Part shown: piece by piece, positions 63,529-64,000 of the stretch | Position numbering within the stretch: position 1 is the stretch's first letter | Layout: every line of letters starts with the position of its first letter | NCBI GenBank assembly: GCA_013239625.1 | Contig: MU053652.1 | Span: 8,083,027-8,147,026 of the forward strand | Direction of reading: 5' to 3' | DNA from: Lama guanicoe | Taxonomy: Eukaryota | DNA: 64,000 nucleotides | The notes under the pieces: model-generated | Database searches by the model: none | The model's input: only the letters and a program-made list of their open reading frames with translations | Told to the model about the DNA's origin: nothing | Made by a program: the position numbers and the translations under genes

Positions 63529-64000
63529 ATGTAGACTCTTGTATTAGCTATGTCAAGTGTGTATTACAAAGAACAGAAGAGCACTATTTTACAGTTACTG
63601 ACTTTCCCTTCTGACTTCTTTATTCAAATGATGTTTCTTGTAGTCCCTTCTTGAGCAGTTGGAACAGCTTCCATTTTATTACTTTTAAATCCTCTACTTT
63701 AATGACTTCAGCTCTTATCTGGGCTTTCTTATTCAACCGCATTGATTTCTATTACTTTATTACAAACTATTGTGAATTATATAAAAATGCAGAAAAAACA
63801 TATAAAATTTATATGTACAGTCTAGCAAATATAAAATCACCAACCATGTGACCACCCTCTGATTAAAAACAGAACATTGCCAACGTCCTCCTTTTTCTCT
63901 TCATATTCATAATTCACTCTCTTGTCCCCTAAAAGTGACCACCATACTGGCTCTCATGGTCATCATTTCCTTGATTTTTCTTCATAGTTTTACCATCTCT

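Noticed and set aside
1..64000. A novel multi-gene system, CRISPR array or RNA gene cluster
   Set aside because: All convincing coding sequence belongs to NDUFA5, IQUB or L1. There are no regularly spaced repeat-spacer arrays, and the tRNA-like boxes are parts of SINEs.

Overview
Mammalian nuclear DNA, most likely camelid (inferred from two Vic-1-like tRNA-derived SINEs and the L1 3' ends; not verified by search). It holds two + strand genes in tandem, the order I recall from human 7q31. The first is the complete 5-exon NDUFA5 (complex I subunit B13, 116 aa, 5693-17046) with a CpG-island promoter. The second is the 5' part of IQUB (IQ motif and ubiquitin-like domain ciliary/flagellar protein): CpG-island promoter near 24 kb, a probable non-coding exon 1, and 8 coding exons from 29419 to 62187, with the remainder beyond the window. 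All coding exons were assembled by hand with GT-AG boundaries and consistent phases. The rest is intronic/intergenic DNA dense in interspersed repeats (L1, L2, MIR, MaLR/ERV LTRs, hAT and Tigger DNA transposons, SINEs) and microsatellites. Repeat family names come from recall of consensus sequences and their boundaries are approximate. I see no RNA genes, CRISPR arrays or evidence of a genuinely new biological system. The best leads are regulatory: competing 5' splice sites in IQUB (a GC-type donor that would toggle a strong-Kozak uORF, and a stop-including donor after the first coding exon), RFX X-boxes at both promoters, a convergent pair of CTCF-like motifs, young insertions in IQUB intron 1, and three unusual NDUFA5 substitutions.
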